DNA of 64,000 nucleotides from an uncultured Methanosarcinales archaeon (GCA_964354285.1 CAYGYR010000004.1:10284-74283), one strand, 5' to 3'. Shown: positions 52,977 through 63,478, counted from the stretch's first letter. Notes: generated by a model not told the origin, from the sequence alone. A program made the numbers and translations.

Positions 52977-53978
52977 TCATCCAATTTGATGCTCGCTTCC
53001 TTCTTTTGCAAACTCTACGCTAAGGCAGCAGTGGTTTCTTCCATCCATTCTTTGATAGAGATACTCTTTTGCCCTTTTCTCGAGGTCTTTTACTATCTCA
53101 TCTGTGCTTGTTGGGTCATGGTGGGTGAAGATTATTTTCTTCACTCCTGCTTCGAGGGCAATGTCTATTCCTTTCTCGTAAGTCGAATGGCCCCAGCCTT
53201 TCTTTTTCTCATAAATCTCTGGAGTGTACTGGCCGTCATAGATTAAAATGTCAGCTCCTCTGGCCCAATCTATGAGCTTCTTGTCATTTCCTTCTGTCAC
53301 AAGCGATGCATTGCTGTCATGCTCATAATCTGTTGCAAAAACAACTGCATTGTCTTTTTCAGCTATCTTGTAGCAAAAGACTCCGTCTGGATGATTCATC
53401 CTTTTGTAGCTTACCTCAACTCCATTGCTTACCTTTACTCCTTCTGCAATGTCCTTGAAGCAGAGCTCTGCTCCCATCTGCTTTATTTCAACAGGGAAGT
53501 ATGGCTTTGTCTGCTGGTACTGGAACATTGCTTTTGCCTTGTTCATCTCTCCGTTCTTGTTAGTTATGATTGCAGTCTCTTTTGTGAGCCTGTCTGTGAG
53601 GTCTCCTTTTGTTATTCTTCTTGTTTCAACACCGTCCTGCTTTCTCTGGACTCTCTCAAGGTCTTCTTTTGTCACATCTGCATCTCCTGAGTAGACATCC
53701 AGCTTGTTTCCAGGAATGTATGCTGGAGTGAAAAAAGGAAATCCCTGGACATGATCCCAGTGCTTGTGGCTCAGGAAGAGCTTTGCATCAAGTGTCTTGC
53801 CTGCATACCTTTTCATAAGGTCTGCTCCTAGCTCTGTTATTCCTGTTCCTGCATCAAAGATATACTCGTCTCCTTCGCCAGATATCACTTCCAGGCAGGT
53901 TGTGTTTCCGCCATACTCAATAGTGCTCTTTCCTGGCTTTGGAATTGATCCTCTTGTTCCCCAAAATTTTATTTTCAT
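52977..53978 (-). CDS. MBL-fold metallo-hydrolase
   Basis: LSHKHWDHVQG (HxHxDH), downstream His/Asp ligands (FTHHD); GGTGATGA SD. Confidence 0.85.
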   Translation of the reverse strand: MKIKFWGTRGSIPKPGKSTIEYGGNTTCLEVISGEGDEYIFDAGTGITELGADLMKRYAGKTLDAKLFLSHKHWDHVQGFPFFTPAYIPGNKLDVYSGDADVTKEDLERVQRKQDGVETRRITKGDLTDRLTKETAIITNKNGEMNKAKAMFQYQQTKPYFPVEIKQMGAELCFKDIAEGVKVSNGVEVSYKRMNHPDGVFCYKIAEKDNAVVFATDYEHDSNASLVTEGNDKKLIDWARGADILIYDGQYTPEIYEKKKGWGHSTYEKGIDIALEAGVKKIIFTHHDPTSTDEIVKDLEKRAKEYLYQRMDGRNHCCLSVEFAKEGSEHQIG

Positions 53979-54169
53979 TTTTCATCACCAATCATATTAT
54001 GGTGCCAGAACTATTAGAAACCATGGCTTGGATTTTGCGCGTTTTCAGCAAAAAAAAGGCTGTTTTTGGGCAAAATGAGTAATCTAGGAACACAATCCCT
54101 CTATTTATTCGCGTTCTAGAAAAGTATTTAAATAGGTTTAGTATATTCGCTTAAAAAACAGCAGTATAT

Positions 54170-54177
54170 TTTATAAA
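54170..54177 (+). promoter_or_regulatory. TATA box (TTTATAAA) for the 54201 gene
   Basis: 31 nt upstream of the ATG at 54201. Confidence 0.5.
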
Positions 54178-54200
54178 TACAGAGGTATTATATACAAAAT

Positions 54201-55205
54201 ATGAGAGTACTTCAAACAGCACAGCCAGAGCAAAGGGTCGAGCTAGACACCTATGACAAAAAGATACTCTTTGCCTTGTCCCAGAACTCAAGGACACCAT
54301 ACAGCCAGATAGGCAAAAAAGTAGGCCTGAGCAGGGATTCTATCAGGTATAGGATACAGCGACTGACTAAAAACAATGTAATACAAGGCTATAGAACAAT
54401 CATAGATATAACAAAACTGGGCTACATGAACTTCCATGTCTTCCTCCAGCTAAACCAGCCAGACCCAGAGGCTGAGAAAAAGCTAGTTGAGATATTCAAG
54501 GCATACCCTTTTGTCAGGGCAATCATAAAGTTCAGCGGGAAATATGACTTTGAGCTTGCAATCATCGCAAAAACAGTCAAAGATCTTGACACCATACTTT
54601 CCCAGATAATAACAGACTGCGGAGAGACCTTGCAGCACTATGAGTTATTGATTATCACAAAATCTTTTGCAGGAAAGAGCTTTCCAGACAATTTTTACAA
54701 GGCTCCTGAGGCAAAAATAATTCCGAAGCCAGCAGCTGCAGAGCCAAAGCTTGATGAAAAAGACCATCTTCTGCTTTCTGTGATATCAAACCAGGCAGAC
54801 CTTCCTTTGTATTCTGTTGCAAAAAAAGTCGGGCTTTCATCAGATGCTATAAAGTACAGGCTCAGGAAACTCAAGGAAAGCGGAGTCATTGTCAGCTACG
54901 TGCCTGTCATCAATTTTGAGAAGCTGAACTACAATGTTTATGCTATTTTACTCAGCATCGCCAACTTCACTCCCAAAAAAGAAGCTACTTTGAAAGAATT
55001 CCTCTCAACAAACAAAGACACTTTGTTCGGGGTAAAAACATTCGGCAAGTATAATGTCCTCCTTTACATCTGCACAACAAACCCAGATGACTTGATCAAG
55101 ACAACAGCAGAATTAAGAGGGCACTTTATCGGGGACGTAAGAGATTACGAGACCTTGATAAATTATGAGGAGTATAAGTATACTTATTTTCCAGAACAAG
55201 AATGA
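54201..55205 (+). CDS. fused double Lrp/AsnC-family transcription regulator
   Basis: Two complete HTH_AsnC+RAM units: DKKILFALSQNSRTPYSQIGKKVGLSRDSIRYRIQRL and DHLLLSVISNQADLPLYSVAKKVGLSSDAIKYRLRKL. Confidence 0.85.
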   Translation: MRVLQTAQPEQRVELDTYDKKILFALSQNSRTPYSQIGKKVGLSRDSIRYRIQRLTKNNVIQGYRTIIDITKLGYMNFHVFLQLNQPDPEAEKKLVEIFKAYPFVRAIIKFSGKYDFELAIIAKTVKDLDTILSQIITDCGETLQHYELLIITKSFAGKSFPDNFYKAPEAKIIPKPAAAEPKLDEKDHLLLSVISNQADLPLYSVAKKVGLSSDAIKYRLRKLKESGVIVSYVPVINFEKLNYNVYAILLSIANFTPKKEATLKEFLSTNKDTLFGVKTFGKYNVLLYICTTNPDDLIKTTAELRGHFIGDVRDYETLINYEEYKYTYFPEQE

Positions 55206-56159
55206 TTATTTAATTTTTGCCGAAATAGCCTCTGGAAAATATGCATATCTTGCAAGCGGATAAAGATAATCCCGCAGTATTAATAACCTGCTTGTGATGA
55301 TTGCATCTGGAAAGCCGCCTTTGCGCAGTATGTTTTTAATTGGCTCTTTCAATGATTGAACCCTGCACTTGTATTTGTAAAACGCTTCAAGACAGGATTT
55401 GTTTTTGTAAAGCGCATAACTATGCTCAATCAATTCAACAATCTGCTGGTATATTTTCAAAGTTTCAGGCTTGAGTCTTATGTTTTGTTTAACACCGACA
55501 AGCTCCATGCAAATACTTTTTAGCTCAAAATTCATGTGAGCTAAACTTCTAATAATAGAGTATGTGGAGGTTATTGAATAATATGAAGATATTCCTTGTT
55601 TATCGGCATACCCTCTTTTGTTCAGTATTCTGAGGCATAAATATCCGAATTTAACAGTGATTTCAAAAACCGTGCTCAGCCCATCTAATTTCTGATAATC
55701 CCCTGCCTTAATTATTTCAAAGCTTTCCTTGGCAAAGGTAATTACGCTCATATAAATTTTATTAATGAATCTGTCCAGATCTTCTTCATATTCCTCGGCA
55801 ATGTTTTTTATCACGCAATGCCTTGGGCCCTGTTCAACAGTCACAAATCCTAAGAAACTTTGCGCTAATGCCTCGTTAATCTTGGTAAGAACCGCAGGGT
55901 TTTCAAATGTTATGTACAGTTCATCATATCCTGCAATATACGGCCTAGTCAGTATCCTTGAAAGAAAATATTCTGCATCTTTAATGTGAATCTCAAGCTT
56001 GTTGTAACTTTTTTCTGTTTTTGCATTTATTATCAGTTGCCTACCATTTTCTGTGACTTCAATCTCTTCACCCTTATGCAGATTCAACTGTTTTGCCCAC
56101 TTTTTTGGTAAAGATACCATTAATGTAGACGGACCTATTTTAGCAATTTTTCTCTTCAA
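55206..56159 (-). CDS. AbrB/SpoVT-PhoU fusion regulator, second copy
   Basis: KIGPSTLMVSLPKKWAKQLNLHKGEEIEV AbrB N-domain plus PhoU-like helices; TTG start after GGGGGT. Confidence 0.8.
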   Translation of the reverse strand: MKRKIAKIGPSTLMVSLPKKWAKQLNLHKGEEIEVTENGRQLIINAKTEKSYNKLEIHIKDAEYFLSRILTRPYIAGYDELYITFENPAVLTKINEALAQSFLGFVTVEQGPRHCVIKNIAEEYEEDLDRFINKIYMSVITFAKESFEIIKAGDYQKLDGLSTVFEITVKFGYLCLRILNKRGYADKQGISSYYSITSTYSIIRSLAHMNFELKSICMELVGVKQNIRLKPETLKIYQQIVELIEHSYALYKNKSCLEAFYKYKCRVQSLKEPIKNILRKGGFPDAIITSRLLILRDYLYPLARYAYFPEAISAKIK

Positions 56160-56283
56160 TTTTACCCCCCTTTATTAAGTAATAATAACTCGTAATATAT
56201 AAATCTTTTGAAATTATAATAATTATAATCAATTAATATAATATAATGCGAAAATATATATGCTTGTAAATAATAACAGTTTT

Positions 56284-58971
56284 ATGGGGAAACTACAAAC
56301 ATTCTTTTTTTTGTGTCTATTGATTTTTATATCTGCTCCCGCAGTATCAGCAGCCGGAGCCATCGTTTATAAAAATGCAGACTGGGTAAATGATACAAAT
56401 ATCGTCCTAACTGATGATAATTGGGACATAGTTCCGGCAGAGGATTTCCATGCTTATCAAGCGCATGAAGAGACACAACTTTTGTATTGTGATGATGCTG
56501 CAGAAGAGTGCAGGCCTTTGTGGAGGCTTGCGCTGCAGGATTTAGGAATAACTAATCTTGTTCTCGGCTGGTATGATAGCTTGAGCTCGAGAGGAGATTG
56601 CGAAAGGGGTGTTTGCGCAAGATACCTGACAGATGAAGAGAAAAGCATTCTAGAAGCAGATGGCTTCCAAAAATACTGTGATACTTCCTGGTCGTATCCC
56701 TGCAGCGGAGTTGGGACATACACTGATTGTGTTGCTTGTGTTACAAATCATGTAACAGACTGTCAGTATGACTTTTATAGGTGGGCAGTCAGGTGCCAAG
56801 GCACATGCAAGTATGGTGGTTATGATGTTGGGGCATGCGAACTGATTGATAATTTCTGCTTTGACCATAGAACAGAAGTTACACTTGATGATACCTGCAG
56901 ATATTATAAAGATCACTTGAGCGAGGAAGATGTTGCTAGAGTATATAACCACACAAGCTGCTGGATTGAAGGCTCATCATTAAGGTGGTCAGGAAATGAT
57001 ATTTCAAAATATTATAAAATAGTGGGGGCACCATCCATACATGAAGGCTATATATCTTGCTTGATCAATTATTCTGACTGGCAGGAACAAGCCAGTGATG
57101 ACCAGAACCATGCTGCAGACCAGATAGGCCCTGGGAGCAAACTTTATTTTGACTTTACAGGCCAGATTAACGCAGAGCCTGATTGCTATGAGAATTCTGA
57201 CTGCGGTGAAACATACTGGACAGGAGATTCAGGATGCTGTAATGATGAAGGATGGAACATCTGCAGAGCATATCACGGCTACGAATGCAGAAACCCAGGA
57301 GAGGAGAATGCATACTGCTTTGAATGGGATGGGTACAAACAGGTTGAAGAATGTTTTAATCAATGCCAAAACAACACGTGCCAAGCAGACATCGAGCCTG
57401 AAGAGCCCTCTAATGAAACAAACATAACAGACCCCCCTGTTGTGCCTGAGGAACCTGATGAGCCAGACTGTGAAAACTGTGTTAATGTTTCTGAAATTGC
57501 AGATATAGGAATTGAGGCGATTACTTCAATCAAGCAGGAACTATTGCTGGCTGCACAAGTGACTGATGCAAAGGTTGGGGGCACTGCATTTGAGTTTAGT
57601 GAGTGCTTCTATAATCTATTTATTGACTCAAGCAATCCCGCAAGCCTTGGGTTTAAAACTGTTGTTGCAAAAGATATTTTTCAGGAATTCGTTTTTGATG
57701 CATTAAAAGGCGTCTTTTACGAAAACGCTTATGAGGCTGCTGTAAATGACGTGTATATACCTGAACTTGAGAAGATTGCAAAAGAAATTCAGGGGATGAA
57801 TTTTACACAGGTAAATAACACAGAATTTACCCAAGATGTTAAAACTTATTTTGAATATCTTAAAACTGTGATAAAGTCAAATAGAGAGAGCACAGAAGAG
57901 ATTGTTGCTTCAGCAAACCAATTAAAATTCAAGATTAAATTAACATTACTGGGCAGTAAAATTATAAGAATGTTAGTAGTAGGATCTGTTGACGCAGCAC
58001 CGAGTGTTATTCAATCTTTGAAATTTGCAAATGAAGCAGGCTCAGACATTGAAAGCTGCTTCTGGGAAAACTACTACACTCAAGTAAATGTCAATTATGT
58101 TTTAAGCATGCAAATGAAGAATAATATGGAAACAGCAATATCTGCAGCACGAATAATTAAAGAAACAATGGATTACCTTAACTATAATACAGAGACTCCT
58201 TCTATCACAGTAGCAGGTGGTGCATTTGGAGGATCACAATATGCCATTAGGAACGAGTTCAGCGACCTGTTGTCTCTTTCAGTTTATTCAGATATTAATG
58301 ATATAACCGTACAGCCATACTGTGGGGCTGTTGCGTCTGGACTGCCTTTGCTAAATTTTTCATCAAAATTAGAAAATGGAACTACCATGCAGATTAATGA
58401 AAGCCAAATATACTCTGTAGAGTATGAACCTCTGGTTAAAGAAGCGCTTGGCAAAATAAACCTGCAGTCATACTGCCCGGTAGACAGGTGTTATGGATCT
58501 GCAGCGGATATAAGCGTGAAGATTGTCTCAAAAGGAGATGTATACGTAGCATACGGGGATGGCAGGCCAATGGCTGCAAAAAGAATGCCGTTCACGCAGT
58601 ATTATACAACTTATCTATGCAAAAAAGCAAGTGTCACACCCAGTTCAGGAGGCGGCGGTGGCGGAGGCGGGGGCAGCCCTAACTCAGTAATGACTAAGTC
58701 TCAGCCCCCAACAAGCACGGCTCCAGCAGTAACAGGATTGTTTGGCGGTTTCACTGGCAGTGATAAAACTGATGCAAAAACAAATACGCCAAAAGTTTCT
58801 CAGGATAAAAAAGAAGTAAAGACAGAGCCTAAGAAAGAGGAACAGAAGCAAACCGCACCGAAGAAAGAAGTTGTTAAGCAAACTAATCCTGTCATAGAAA
58901 CAGTTAAATCAATCAGTAATTTCTTTTTTCAACCAGTTATTCAGTTGCTAAAATGGTTTAGAATTATTTAA
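56284..58971 (+). CDS. large secreted Cys-rich surface protein with Gly-run and K/T/P-rich stalk
   Basis: Signal peptide FFFLCLLIFISAPAVSA; about 40 Cys in the N-half; SSGGGGGGGGSP, PPTSTAP, KKE repeats; hydrophobic C-terminus. Confidence 0.65.
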   Translation: MGKLQTFFFLCLLIFISAPAVSAAGAIVYKNADWVNDTNIVLTDDNWDIVPAEDFHAYQAHEETQLLYCDDAAEECRPLWRLALQDLGITNLVLGWYDSLSSRGDCERGVCARYLTDEEKSILEADGFQKYCDTSWSYPCSGVGTYTDCVACVTNHVTDCQYDFYRWAVRCQGTCKYGGYDVGACELIDNFCFDHRTEVTLDDTCRYYKDHLSEEDVARVYNHTSCWIEGSSLRWSGNDISKYYKIVGAPSIHEGYISCLINYSDWQEQASDDQNHAADQIGPGSKLYFDFTGQINAEPDCYENSDCGETYWTGDSGCCNDEGWNICRAYHGYECRNPGEENAYCFEWDGYKQVEECFNQCQNNTCQADIEPEEPSNETNITDPPVVPEEPDEPDCENCVNVSEIADIGIEAITSIKQELLLAAQVTDAKVGGTAFEFSECFYNLFIDSSNPASLGFKTVVAKDIFQEFVFDALKGVFYENAYEAAVNDVYIPELEKIAKEIQGMNFTQVNNTEFTQDVKTYFEYLKTVIKSNRESTEEIVASANQLKFKIKLTLLGSKIIRMLVVGSVDAAPSVIQSLKFANEAGSDIESCFWENYYTQVNVNYVLSMQMKNNMETAISAARIIKETMDYLNYNTETPSITVAGGAFGGSQYAIRNEFSDLLSLSVYSDINDITVQPYCGAVASGLPLLNFSSKLENGTTMQINESQIYSVEYEPLVKEALGKINLQSYCPVDRCYGSAADISVKIVSKGDVYVAYGDGRPMAAKRMPFTQYYTTYLCKKASVTPSSGGGGGGGGGSPNSVMTKSQPPTSTAPAVTGLFGGFTGSDKTDAKTNTPKVSQDKKEVKTEPKKEEQKQTAPKKEVVKQTNPVIETVKSISNFFFQPVIQLLKWFRII

Positions 58972-59569
58972 TTTTCTTATACCTTTTGTATGTCCATTCT
59001 AGCTTACCGGAATTATGGTAAGAATCAAAGTCCATATGAACTGCCTTGTCTAAGCTGTATTTTGGCTTCTTGCCGTAGAACAAAATCCCCCAGTGCTCAA
59101 ATATCTTTTTTCCGTCTGTGTCATGCCATCTCTTGTCTAATTCATCAAAAGAAAGGTAAGTCCTTACAAAGCAGGCAGGATCTGCAAAATAAAACTTTTT
59201 ATTGCCATAGCCTATGGGAACTACATAATGGCCTTCATCCCAGTGCTTCTTCCAGTCTGTTACTTTCTCGCATCTCCACGCCTGCAATACAATAATTGCC
59301 GGCTTTCCTTCATCAATATACTTCTTCAGCAAGGCAATATTCATTCTGCCTTCTTTGAATTTCAATCCAAATTTCTTTGCAACCTTTTTCAGCCCAGAAA
59401 GCGCTGTCCCTTTTTTTACAGTCCCTGCAATCTTCAGTATTTCTTCCTCACGAACATCAAACCCAAAATAAGCAAGAACCGATTCCATGGCGCTTGCGCC
59501 GCAGTCATATGTGTATGCCTGCCTGAATTCTGGAAAATTATGAATAAGCACAAGTTTTTTGGATTTCAT
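58964..59569 (-). CDS. C39-like papain-fold cysteine peptidase
   Basis: YTYDCGASAMESVLAYFG (catalytic Cys context) and EGHYVVPIGY (His). Confidence 0.7.
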   Translation of the reverse strand: MKSKKLVLIHNFPEFRQAYTYDCGASAMESVLAYFGFDVREEEILKIAGTVKKGTALSGLKKVAKKFGLKFKEGRMNIALLKKYIDEGKPAIIVLQAWRCEKVTDWKKHWDEGHYVVPIGYGNKKFYFADPACFVRTYLSFDELDKRWHDTDGKKIFEHWGILFYGKKPKYSLDKAVHMDFDSYHNSGKLEWTYKRYKKIK

Positions 59570-59686
59570 CTCTTTTAGTGTTTATTTTTATTTTGTATTT
59601 AATAACTTTTCTACTCTCTTTAAATTGTTCCACATTCACATTAACTTTAAAAACTATCCATACCTCCTAGTATCTGGTGGGATGAT

Positions 59687-60451
59687 TTGCCAGCAAAATG
59701 GATAAAAGTCGGCAGGGATGGCTTAGTAGGAAAAGTACTTGCATACGTTAAAGAGCCAAATGCGCAGGGCAAATATGAAGCAGTGATAGCCGCAAGCAAA
59801 ATGCCTGACTTGATCAAGCTGTATATGCAGCTGCTTGGAAAAGAAGAGACGCCAGAGGCACAGGAATTTCTCGAATCTCTTGAAAGCGCTGAAACAAAAA
59901 CTGAGCGTGTTGGAGCCGCAAATTACAGGACGACACTTGACAATATTTGCGGTCTGAAGGAAAAATTTGACTGCGACATAATTGAAGTTTACAGAAAAGA
60001 AGAACCTGGAATGTGCACTCCGCAGCCAGTGCAGGAAGGCATGCTTGATATGCGCGAAGAGCTGAGCATTTCACAAATGTATCTTGCTCTTGAGGATTAC
60101 TTTTATAAATATGAAGATGCTTCTGAAGCAGAGCCAGAGCCATATCCAACATATAATGATTGCACACGCGAGGAATGGAAGAATCTGCTTTTGGAAGCGC
60201 ATGAAAGCCTTGTTGACCCATCACAGATTTTTGACTATTGCGCTATTGAGAGAGACCTTCAGCAGCTCTGCAAAGGCTCAGGAGTTCCTGCCAAAATAGT
60301 TTCAGACATGTGCGAAGCTGCAAAAAATGGATTTAATGAAAAAGTGAAACTGCTTTGCTGTTATAAAGATCTTATTTTTGCGATTGAAGAAAAAAAATAT
60401 GAAGATGCAGCTGATTTGAAAAGCAGAATAATAAAACTAAAAAAAGAGTGA
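59687..60451 (+). CDS. hypothetical protein with C-terminal UVR-like motif, paralog 1
   Basis: TTG start after GGTGG; ends FAIEEKKYEDAADLKSRIIKLKKE; KEKFDCDIIEV shared with paralog 2. Confidence 0.55.
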   Translation: MPAKWIKVGRDGLVGKVLAYVKEPNAQGKYEAVIAASKMPDLIKLYMQLLGKEETPEAQEFLESLESAETKTERVGAANYRTTLDNICGLKEKFDCDIIEVYRKEEPGMCTPQPVQEGMLDMREELSISQMYLALEDYFYKYEDASEAEPEPYPTYNDCTREEWKNLLLEAHESLVDPSQIFDYCAIERDLQQLCKGSGVPAKIVSDMCEAAKNGFNEKVKLLCCYKDLIFAIEEKKYEDAADLKSRIIKLKKE

Positions 60452-61188
60452 TTGATTTGAAGGCAAATTTTGTAAAAAGGAAAAATAAAGAGCTTTTAGA
60501 AGGGATAGTTCTTGCTTACACGATAGATGAAGAAGAAGGCAAGTATTCAGCAATAATTGCAGCTTATGATTTCATTAGTTTTATCAGGATTTATTCAAAG
60601 CACCTTGAATGCACTGGTGTTACCTCTTCTAAATTAGATGCTCTTTTAGACGCAGTTAACATGATAGGGCTCATCAAGAGCCAAAAAGAAATTCATCTTG
60701 CATTGATAAAACTGGACAGCATAGATACTTTGAAAGAAAAATATGATTGCGATATAATAGAAGTCACTGCAGAAAATCCACCCTCTGTACTCGCAAACGA
60801 GTTTATTTTTATCAAGAACAAAATACTTATTGGCGTGATTGATGATTATTTCCGCACATACAATAAAAACGCTGAGCAAAACCTGCAGTCATATGACAAA
60901 AGCACTCGCGAAGCATGGAAAAAATTATTTTTAGAGAGATATGAATGCCTGGTTAAGCAAGAGTCTGGCAAGGCGTATGATGTTATTGAAAATGAACTAA
61001 ACATAATCTGCAAGAACTCTCCTGTTCCTGAAAATCAGATTAAAAACATGTGCGGCTTTGCAAAAAGAGAACCGAATAGGCGGGTAAAAGAAAAAGGGCT
61101 TGAGCTGTATAAAGACCTGATATTCGCTTTAGAAGCGCAGGAATATGAAAAGGCAGCAAAAATAAGGGATTTATTAAAGAAATACTAG
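60448..61188 (+). CDS. hypothetical protein with C-terminal UVR-like motif, paralog 2
   Basis: GTGA overlap with paralog 1; ends FALEAQEYEKAAKIRDLLKKY; KEKYDCDIIEV. Confidence 0.55.
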   Translation: MIDLKANFVKRKNKELLEGIVLAYTIDEEEGKYSAIIAAYDFISFIRIYSKHLECTGVTSSKLDALLDAVNMIGLIKSQKEIHLALIKLDSIDTLKEKYDCDIIEVTAENPPSVLANEFIFIKNKILIGVIDDYFRTYNKNAEQNLQSYDKSTREAWKKLFLERYECLVKQESGKAYDVIENELNIICKNSPVPENQIKNMCGFAKREPNRRVKEKGLELYKDLIFALEAQEYEKAAKIRDLLKKY

Positions 61189-61192
61189 TAAA

Positions 61193-62122
61193 TCACTTCT
61201 TCTTTCCAAAAATCCTTGCAATCTCTTCAACAGTTGTCTTCAAGCCATACTCCTGCTCAAGCAGGTCAACAATGTATTTTGCCCTTCTCTGGTCGCTCTC
61301 AGCGGAATTGAATTCCTCAACCACTGGCTTGATTTTTTTCTCCCAAAAAGTATCAAACTGGTCTGCAGCAAGATTCTCTTTTGCCCACCATGCTTTGAAT
61401 TGAGTATATTTTGAATCAATGTATTCCTGCCCTTCCCTGCTCTTGAAATAATCCTCTGCACTTTTGATTATGTTCTCTGGCTTAAGGTTTTGCTCTAGTT
61501 TTTTTGCGCTTTCGTAGAACGTGCTCTCAATGTTTTCTGCTTTTTTCTCAAAACTCTTTATTTGGATGTAGCTTGCAGCCTGAAATGCAGCAATGCCTAA
61601 ACAGATTGCTGTTAAGGAAGCACCCCATAGATAAAATGGCCATAATCTGTGTTTCTTTTGACTTTTTTTCTCTAAATACGCAATATAGCAGTTATTCACA
61701 ACAGTCTCTCTGTCTGCAGTATAGCTCTGCCTTATCGCCATATACTGCTTCTGCCTTACAATGGTATCTGCAGCATCGCATATGCCATCAAACTTCTTTT
61801 CATTGAGCAGTTGAAGAAAACGGTCTTTTTCAGGCTCAAAATACCTGAGCATTGCAAGATTTGGCTGTTCATGCATGGCAAAATGCATCTCGCAGCTGCC
61901 AATCAATTCATTTATGCTAAGCAGGAAGCTATTCATCACATCTGCCCTTATGAATCCGCTTCCATCTGCACCAGGATTATCTTTCCTGATTTCAGAGACA
62001 TTTTCCAAGTCATTAATGCAGTCAAAAGTCCTGACAACTGAACCGCAGGCATCACGGGCACTTAATCCTAGTTTTTCCTCTAAAGAAGAAGATTCTACTA
62101 TCTTTTCAGTCTCTTTTTTCAT
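61193..62122 (-). CDS. hypothetical protein with one central TM helix
   Basis: 309-aa ORF. Confidence 0.5.
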   Translation of the reverse strand: MKKETEKIVESSSLEEKLGLSARDACGSVVRTFDCINDLENVSEIRKDNPGADGSGFIRADVMNSFLLSINELIGSCEMHFAMHEQPNLAMLRYFEPEKDRFLQLLNEKKFDGICDAADTIVRQKQYMAIRQSYTADRETVVNNCYIAYLEKKSQKKHRLWPFYLWGASLTAICLGIAAFQAASYIQIKSFEKKAENIESTFYESAKKLEQNLKPENIIKSAEDYFKSREGQEYIDSKYTQFKAWWAKENLAADQFDTFWEKKIKPVVEEFNSAESDQRRAKYIVDLLEQEYGLKTTVEEIARIFGKKK

Positions 62123-62227
62123 TCAATCACATTATAGTAAACTGAGTATAAAAAGGTTTTGACTGATATGTGTAGCATTTTCCACTGGTTACAAAAGTTT
62201 TTTAAATTGGTACCTACTTTCAGTTTA

Positions 62228-62803
62228 ATGGTGAGTGAAGTGGGAGAAAAATCAACACAACCAACACTGGCTGAAATAGAAAAAATCCTTGTTGAAAATA
62301 ATGATAAAGCAGTGGAAGGATTCTACGTAACCGGTCATATTCTTGATAAAAAAATAGACCAAAGAGGCGCAGACCTTGATTCTGCAAAAGACATAATTGA
62401 GTCTTTTAATGCAATTAGGGCAACAAGAGAAATCCAGACAAACTATGTTGTCACACAGGAAAAAGATGGTCATTATCACAAGATAACCATGAAAGCAATC
62501 GGCTTAAATGGCAATGCTTTACATGACGTAGATATTAATTATTTCATGATGGATGAAGAGAAAGACAAGGCAGAGAAAGAAGAGCTTGAAGAGCTTATTG
62601 AGAAAGAAGACCCTTTTGTCTTTCCAAATAAAGAAGCAAAGCACGGAATACTTGATGCAAGAATTGTGAATAAGTATGAAATTGTTTCAAACCTCGGAGC
62701 AATGTTCGGCTATGCAATCTCCTTTGGCAATAAAGAGTATGCGCAATTGATGGGAGTCCGCTTTGCATTAATGGCAGAAAAGTTTTTTGGGAAGAAAGAA
62801 TAA
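62228..62803 (+). CDS. hypothetical protein
   Basis: ATG at 62228 about 28 nt from a TTTAAATT box; 191 aa. Confidence 0.5.
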   Translation: MVSEVGEKSTQPTLAEIEKILVENNDKAVEGFYVTGHILDKKIDQRGADLDSAKDIIESFNAIRATREIQTNYVVTQEKDGHYHKITMKAIGLNGNALHDVDINYFMMDEEKDKAEKEELEELIEKEDPFVFPNKEAKHGILDARIVNKYEIVSNLGAMFGYAISFGNKEYAQLMGVRFALMAEKFFGKKE

Positions 62804-62809
62804 TTTTGA

Positions 62810-63478
62810 TTATTTTTCCTTTCTATATGCAAGATATCCTGCAATGAATGCACCAAACACTGAGAAAGCAGAAAAAGTTAAAAATCCATTTTCGTAAAAT
62901 AAGAATGGGAAGCAGAAGATCGTGCTTATCCCAAAGCCTTTCATTGCTGCCATAAACATCCTGCCTTCTTTGGTTTTTTTTCCTTCAAAAGGAAAAGTAT
63001 CATAATTTTCAAACATCTTTTCTAGATCTGCTTTTATTTTTTCCCCTTCAGCGTTAATATTTTCTAGTGCAGAAGTATATGACTTTATTTTAGATGAAAT
63101 CAAATTCGCAACTTTCTCAGAAGAGGGAATTACAGAAACAATTGCAGAATACGCACTAAGCATGTCTAATGCACGCAAAACTTGTTTTTCATTTGCTTCT
63201 GCTGCAGAAGGCAGATCATAAATATTCTGTTTAATTGCTCGTAAATCTCTTTCATATCTTTCAGAAATTTTTTCTTCAAGCTCTTGGAGATTATAATCTT
63301 CAGAAGATATTTTTGATTTTAGTTCATTTATTTCTCTTATCTTTTCAAGCGGAAGCGGGTATTCTTTTTTGGCATTGATGATCCCATAAATCTTGCAAAA
63401 TTCTTGCGGCAAATCCTGTTTCATCAGAATTGTCTTCAAGATTTCTTCAAGATCTGGTTTTTCATTCATTTTTATCAT
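62810..63478 (-). CDS. hypothetical protein, coiled-coil with C-terminal TM pair
   Basis: 222-aa ORF; 4-nt overlap with the upstream gene. Confidence 0.5.
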   Translation of the reverse strand: MIKMNEKPDLEEILKTILMKQDLPQEFCKIYGIINAKKEYPLPLEKIREINELKSKISSEDYNLQELEEKISERYERDLRAIKQNIYDLPSAAEANEKQVLRALDMLSAYSAIVSVIPSSEKVANLISSKIKSYTSALENINAEGEKIKADLEKMFENYDTFPFEGKKTKEGRMFMAAMKGFGISTIFCFPFLFYENGFLTFSAFSVFGAFIAGYLAYRKEK

